From the NCBI GenBank assembly GCA_030167865.1, contig JALAGF010006326.1, forward strand, positions 1 to 50,058: a stretch of 50,058 nt of DNA. Direction: 5' to 3'. The position numbers were made by a program, and so were the translations under genes. Each line of letters opens with the position of its first letter. Positions within the stretch are counted from its first letter, which is position 1. The DNA is from Craspedostauros australis. Lineage: Eukaryota. The notes below the pieces were generated by a model, which was given only the letters and a program-made list of their open reading frames with translations, searched no databases and was not told the DNA's origin. This document shows, one piece after another, positions 44,820 through 50,058 of the stretch.

Positions 44820-47800
44820 TCAAGCTGAAGAGTACTTCAACTGGACACCGAAACTCTCGGTCTTCCCATGCTCGCCACGGTGAATACCCGCCTTCGAAGC
44901 TGGGGACTTCTCGATCGGTATCGCGATGTGTGGCGCTAGGTGGGTCTCATCAGCCGCTGCGTGTGCTATGGCTGCATTTCTGGCTTTCTCCTTGGTCACT
45001 CCCAGCTCGGATTTGATCTTGGCGTTGACCTTGTTCTTGAATCGCCGAATCAACCTGGTTGGATCAAAGGCCCGAACCCAAGAGTATGCCACTTCTTTCA
45101 TCCCTTCCACGAAGGCAGCCTTCGTCACGGTGTCGCGTTCTTTGCCCAAGGCATCGGCGACAGCGCGCTTACCAACATCTTCATCTCTTTCGCGTTTGGC
45201 CTCAGCAACATCGTCCTGGCTCATCGTTTGATTCACAAGACTTTCTGGTCGGCTCGCCACACAGTACACGCGATCTTCGCCAAATGGAATGTGGAGGAGC
45301 TCGTGAAGGACCTTGTTCTTGTTGTTGCGGATGGTCTCCTTGGAAATCTTCTGATTGATTGCTTTATCCTTTGCCTGGATGCAAATGGTGACAAGCTTGA
45401 AGTCCTTCCACACGGTCTTGTTGTTGTCGTAGTTGTTGTTGTTGTTGTTGTAGTTGTTGTAGTTGTTGTCGTAGTTGTTGTCGTAGTCGTCGTCGTAGTC
45501 GTCGTCGTCGTCATCGCCGTAGTCATCGTTGTAGTCATCGTTGTAGTCATCGTTGTAGTCATCCTCCTCCTTCTTTCGAGCAACCACGACGGACACGTAT
45601 CCGTCTGCCAAGTTGCTGCTGCCTTCTGCGACGCTTGCGATTGGAGGGTGGAACGCCTGTGTCCCTTCCTCCAGCGTTGGTTTGTTCATGATGGCATATC
45701 GCAGGACCCAGAGTCCATTGAGGTAGTCCTTGTCAATGGTCAGCGTGTCTTCGCTACTATACTGGAGAGGGGTATACTTCCGGAGTTGATTGGTGTCGGC
45801 GAAGGGAGTACGATTGTTGCGTTTGACCTCCCAACCTTGCAGATCTCTCCAGTAGGTTTGGTTCTCTTTCTCCTCTTTTGGGCTGCGTTGTGGTTGTGTT
45901 TGCCCCAGTGACAGCTGCATGGGTGACTTCTGAAGGTACATGCCCTCCATGGCAAACTCTGATGGAAAAGCAACAGGGTACCATCCGCGAAGCCCTTCCG
46001 ACGAGTCTTCTATGTCCTTGTCCACGAATAGAGATTCGAGAGTACCACCATCTCTCACTTCCGATGCATACATCGCAGCGCCATCCTCAAGCATCGATTT
46101 CAGATCCTTTCGATCTTCTGGTTCAACGGTCGTGGCTGCTGCTATCACACTGGAGAGGAATTGGACTGCGAGTGCTTCATATGCGAATGGTGTCGTCCCC
46201 AAGGCTTCATCGGCATGTGCCATGACTTTTCCACCAGCGATCATCCAGCTACAGAGCCGCTGCATGGCAGGATCCATGAGGAAAGGGTACATCTCAACTT
46301 CCCCGTTCTCTTGTTCTGCCCGTCTGGAGATATCCGCGAATGATTGGATTGTCAGGAGCCCAAACCTACCAAGGAGATTGCGTTTGGCGACGTAGTGCTC
46401 ATCAAAGTGTTGGAAGCGGATGGCATCTTTCAGAACCTTCTCTCGGATGACATGGGGAGCGTCACCAGGATACACCGTGACCTTTTTCTGGAAGAGGAGG
46501 GCAGCGTAAGCGCTTGCCGNNNNNNNNNNNNNNNNNNNNNNNNNNNNNNNNNNNNNNNNNNNNNNNNNNGGAGCGTCACCAGGATACACCGTGACCTTTT
46601 TCTGGAAGAGGAGGGCAGCGTAAGCGCTTGCCGCAACCTGTAAGCGAAAGTGTGGCTTCCTCCGCACGGACGACATGCCGTTGGTAGCGCAGAAGTACAC
46701 AAAAACAGTCGTGATGATCTTGGCTTGATGGCGGGGATCACCATATGAGAAGTTTGTGGTTGCAAGGTAGAACACCAAGGCAGAGGTCATTCTTGAGTTG
46801 TGGTGGACGATATCGTTGAGGAGGGGATATTCTGGAAGCTGTTGAAAGGGTGGAAATTTGTGCGACTTGCCTGGATACTCTTCACAGAGAACGTTGTAGA
46901 CATCTTCAGCCCTTCTTTTGGTGATTGGTTGAAGTTGCTTGAAGTTTTCATGCACGGTTCCTTCCATGTCACCATGGAGGCCTGTCCCTGCAATGGAGAA
47001 CACCACCTGTAGTGATTCCTTCTGCGTCTTCTTCCAGTTGTCCTCATCGTCACGGTTTTCGCTTTCGTCTGGGTTGTTGCATCCCGTCATGATGAATGCA
47101 GCAAGATCCTCACCAAGATCTTGGTAGTTGCGGATGATCTCATTGGCGAGGTTGGGTTGTGATCCTGCTTCATCGATGGCGACGACGATTCGCACCTTGT
47201 CTTCCTTGGTGTTGCGGTCCTTGATCATTTGGGCGATCTCGACAAAAAGAGCTCGGGTGCCCTTGTCTCGACCCACGACCTCGTCAATGGCTTCCTTGAG
47301 ACTGATTCGTGCTTCACGTTGTCGCTCATCGCCGCGCTTAGTAGTAGAAATGTCCTTTTCGACATCCAGATGGATGGAAAAGGCAGCATCTCTTGAGAAC
47401 GCACTCGCTGCGAGCTCGGCTGTCTTGCCACTCCCACTGGCAGAGCAGTACAGCAGCACCCGGTCACGGAATTTCTCTTCAGTTGTCTTTTCCATGTACA
47501 GCTGCGGTGGCGATCTTCCATGTCTGGCTTGATGTCGGAACTGAGGGTTGCCGAGGTAGAAGACCTGGTGAGAAGAATACGAATCATCCTGTCCAGTGGA
47601 AACTTTCACTTGATGGAGTTTTTTTGTTGTATCGTCACGGATGGCTTGGTTCAACTTGTTGATGATGGCATCTTGGAGTGATGCTGGTGAGCCTCCGTTG
47701 AGGGGTGGGAGTCCTGTGAATGATTGGCGAGCAAACTCGATGTTATTGACGTCGCAGAGCCAATGATGAAGTGTGGGTGGGGTTCTGCCTTCAGACCGAC

Positions 47801-48254
47801 TTTCCGCTTCTTGACGCGCTTTTTGTTGGTAGTCTGTGTCATTGAACATCGGGGTGTATATGGATCGCGAGTAGACCACTGGCTCGTCAGTAGTGAGACC
47901 AAATCCTCGATCTGTCAATTGTTGTTCAAGCTCCGTCGTGGTCCATTTGTCATCCCAGAACCAGGCACTTGCGAATACCGATTCCCATGGAGGAGGTGAT
48001 ACTGTGCCAGATCCGTTGGAGAGAGGCTTGGCAGCAGGTGCCGCAGGATCGCTGCCTTTCTGGTCATCCTGTGGATTGGCAGAAGAGGAATCCCCTGGGA
48101 GAAGTTTCTGCTGGCTGTTATTGCTATTGCTCTCGTTGTTCTCCCCCGTTGTTGTGAATGTTCTTGCGGAGTGTGGTATTCCAACTCTTGGGGGTGTCAT
48201 CTGTTGTATGGCGTGGGTGGATGGTTGCAGGCTTCCTGTGACATTGGAAAGCAC
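44820..48254 (-). CDS. P-loop NTPase + PD-(D/E)xK-like nuclease protein, copy B (paralog of 13816..16959)
   Basis: Same Walker A/B and ADGY...IQAKD motifs. Contains a D/N/Y microsatellite insert and spans an assembly gap with 64 bp duplicated flanks. The ATG equivalent to copy A's start is at ~48200. Confidence 0.75.
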   Translation of the reverse strand: MLSNVTGSLQPSTHAIQQMTPPRVGIPHSARTFTTTGENNESNSNNSQQKLLPGDSSSANPQDDQKGSDPAAPAAKPLSNGSGTVSPPPWESVFASAWFWDDKWTTTELEQQLTDRGFGLTTDEPVVYSRSIYTPMFNDTDYQQKARQEAESRSEGRTPPTLHHWLCDVNNIEFARQSFTGLPPLNGGSPASLQDAIINKLNQAIRDDTTKKLHQVKVSTGQDDSYSSHQVFYLGNPQFRHQARHGRSPPQLYMEKTTEEKFRDRVLLYCSASGSGKTAELAASAFSRDAAFSIHLDVEKDISTTKRGDERQREARISLKEAIDEVVGRDKGTRALFVEIAQMIKDRNTKEDKVRIVVAIDEAGSQPNLANEIIRNYQDLGEDLAAFIMTGCNNPDESENRDDEDNWKKTQKESLQVVFSIAGTGLHGDMEGTVHENFKQLQPITKRRAEDVYNVLCEEYPGKSHKFPPFQQLPEYPLLNDIVHHNSRMTSALVFYLATTNFSYGDPRHQAKIITTVFVYFCATNGMSSVRRKPHFRLQVAASAYAALLFQKKVTVYPGDAXXXXXXXXXXXXXXXXXXASAYAALLFQKKVTVYPGDAPHVIREKVLKDAIRFQHFDEHYVAKRNLLGRFGLLTIQSFADISRRAEQENGEVEMYPFLMDPAMQRLCSWMIAGGKVMAHADEALGTTPFAYEALAVQFLSSVIAAATTVEPEDRKDLKSMLEDGAAMYASEVRDGGTLESLFVDKDIEDSSEGLRGWYPVAFPSEFAMEGMYLQKSPMQLSLGQTQPQRSPKEEKENQTYWRDLQGWEVKRNNRTPFADTNQLRKYTPLQYSSEDTLTIDKDYLNGLWVLRYAIMNKPTLEEGTQAFHPPIASVAEGSSNLADGYVSVVVARKKEEDDYNDDYNDDYNDDYGDDDDDDYDDDYDNNYDNNYNNYNNNNNNYDNNKTVWKDFKLVTICIQAKDKAINQKISKETIRNNKNKVLHELLHIPFGEDRVYCVASRPESLVNQTMSQDDVAEAKRERDEDVGKRAVADALGKERDTVTKAAFVEGMKEVAYSWVRAFDPTRLIRRFKNKVNAKIKSELGVTKEKARNAAIAHAAADETHLAPHIAIPIEKSPASKAGIHRGEHGKTESFGVQLKYSSA
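46456..46633. other. Assembly gap (50 N, 46520-46569) with a 64-bp overlap duplicated on either side
   Basis: 46456-46519 is identical to 46570-46633, and copy A has this sequence only once. Confidence 0.92.
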
Positions 48255-49685
48255 TGTGGGATATGCGCTGGACGTCTTGAGGAATCAGTGAGAATGGTCA
48301 TGAGAGAAAACGCGACGAAGACGACGGAGATGACGAAGCTCAGCAACAAGCAACAGCATACAACGAGCAACAGGTACGGTTGAACAAAAGGGAAAGAGAA
48401 AGACAGATCGTGAGAGATGGATGTCAGTTGGTTGGATTTGGGATGGCACGATCAACCCCCCTTCCCACAATGGATGGGCCTCCAGTACGATACAATACAG
48501 CACAACACAATACCACACCATACCACCATTCCATCCTCTCGAATTGAACAACCCTGACACAAGGCCAATCTCCATCACAACGAGGAGACACCGTGGTGGG
48601 CCTTCTTTGTCAGTGTGAATGTCATTGGTAGTGTCAGTGTGGATGTGAATATCTGTTGGTGGGGTATCAATTCGTTCTCTCAGTTCGACGAAGTTGGAAT
48701 GGTTCGAAGTGCAATACGATGCCAGGCCTGCATCCAACCATATACTGACCTTGGATCTCTCCCAGAGACTTGTGTTTGCTGCTTGTGTTGCTGCTGCTTG
48801 TGCTGTTGGAGTTGTCGCCAGCACTGAGGCTTGCATCTTCACTCGGTTCAAGCGCGGCAGAAAGCGCCGACATCCAATCATACCCTTGCCTTTGTTCTTT
48901 GCAGAACCTTGAGATTGCTGCGTTTGTTGTTGATTGTGTTGTTGGTTGTCAGAGTTGTGGCCAGCACTGAGGCTCGTTGCTTTGCTTGTTTCAAGTGTGG
49001 CAGAAACGTGCCAAGATGCGGACTTCGTGGTTGCCACGCCAAGAAAGGAATCAAGACAGTGGATTGTCCTGTCTTGTTGTTGTCACGACGGTCGTCTTGT
49101 TGGAGAAGTTGGTGCTCTGTGGATGCTGGTGATCCTTTCGCTGCTGATTGCGACTGTCGTTGTTACTGGCGACAATGCAGATGAAGATGCAGATGGAGAT
49201 GATGACGAGGAAGATGGCCTTGGTTCTGAGGAAGATTGATGTTTGTGGTCCTGTTTGATTGATGTCTGCAATTGTGTTTGATTGCGTTGTTGTTGTTGTT
49301 GTTTCTTTCGCCACCACGAACATCTGGTGTCCTGAAACGCTCTGCGGTTCACATGTTCTCTGTGTAACCTTGAGAGTTGTCAGGTTCTGGTACGGTCTCT
49401 TCGAAGCCTGTGTTACTCTCAGTCTGTGTTCTGAAACGTTCTGTGGTTCACAGAGGACCCCATTTCTTCGTTCTTCGAAGTTGTCAGGTTTTGGCGCAAC
49501 CTCCTCGAACTCTGTGTTGCTCCAAATGTGACGCCAATAAGAAAACGGCGACGATTGATCAATCGCGACATTCGAGTGGAGATCCAGGTTCAAACCCAGG
49601 CCACCTCCACTCACATGAACATGTTGGCACGAGGATGTTGCGCACAGTGATTGAGCAGTTGCAACATGCCATGCGAAGTGCTGTG

Positions 49686-49762
49686 TGTGTTGTGTTGTGC
49701 TCTCCTGTGTTGTGTTGTGTTGTGTTGTGTTGTGTTGTGTTGTGTTGTGTTGTGTTGTGCTG
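49686..49762. repeat. (TGTTG)n pentanucleotide microsatellite; counterpart (CACAA)n-like tract at ~12277-12339
   Basis: Seen directly; lies inside the duplicated unit near its 5' end. Confidence 0.9.
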
Positions 49763-50058
49763 TGGCATCATCCAGTGTCTGTACTCGAACAGGTCCATTC
49801 TCACGTGTTCGTCAACCAATAGGACCCCATTCAGGATACGATAGTATACAAATGCGGATTTTTAATATTATTACTTAAATCATCCTATTATGTTGTAGAT
49901 AGTATATGGGTTAAGTTACAAGCTTCTGGGCCTTGTAGTTAAAAAGTTTATATTTTTCGCATTAGTCTACGACCAAACACGTGAGGCATGCGAACGTAGA
50001 GGGGCAACTTGGATTCGAAATTCTCAGTCGTGTTTCGACCAATGTCCAGTCGTGTCCT

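Larger units (their letters stand above)
44350..49818 (-). repeat. Copy B of the duplicated NTPase-nuclease unit (inverted)
   Basis: Reverse-complement homology to 12222-17424, with AT-rich flanks on both sides. Confidence 0.92.

Noticed and set aside
44940..45911. 323 aa plus-strand ORF with a long poly-Val 'membrane' stretch
   Set aside because: It is the antisense reading of the D/N/Y microsatellite in the NTPase-nuclease gene.
46456..46633. Apparent internal duplication (ASAYAALLFQKKVTVYPGDA twice) in the copy B protein
   Set aside because: The two identical 64-bp segments flank a 50-N gap and copy A has only one, so this is an unmerged contig overlap rather than biology.
49574..49612. 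Complete tRNA gene
   Set aside because: Only a T-arm/3'-acceptor-like half is present, with no D-arm, anticodon arm or matching 5' acceptor strand. It is kept only as a finding.

Overview
Eukaryotic DNA, most likely a diatom (stramenopile). The clues are bipartite plastid presequences with ASAFAP-like 'AF' cleavage sites, GT-AG introns, an HSF transcription factor, an RXL-motif surface protein and an Ambal-like LINE. Positions 1-8.77 kb hold a near full-length non-LTR retrotransposon: ORF1 with a PHD finger, and ORF2 with APE, RT, RNase H and a Zn finger. It is interrupted only by four in-frame stops. A FabI-type enoyl-ACP reductase (11.0-11.8 kb) is frameshifted by what looks like a Tc1/mariner excision footprint (TACTGTA). 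The most unusual feature is a ~5.2-5.5 kb unit present twice in inverted orientation (~12222-17424 and ~44350-49818). Each copy encodes an intact ~1050-1100 aa P-loop NTPase plus PD-(D/E)xK-like nuclease protein, resembling the Crinkler/RHS-type NTPase-REase architecture. The copies share extensive non-coding arms with hairpins and internal tandem duplications, and their amino-acid differences are clustered. Between them lie ~27 kb of host-like genes: a mucin-like membrane protein, a HAD hydrolase, a possible Smr-domain protein, a cupin, a membrane protein, an HSF, an SDR and a giant low-complexity protein. All calls come from reading motifs by eye; no database searches were run.
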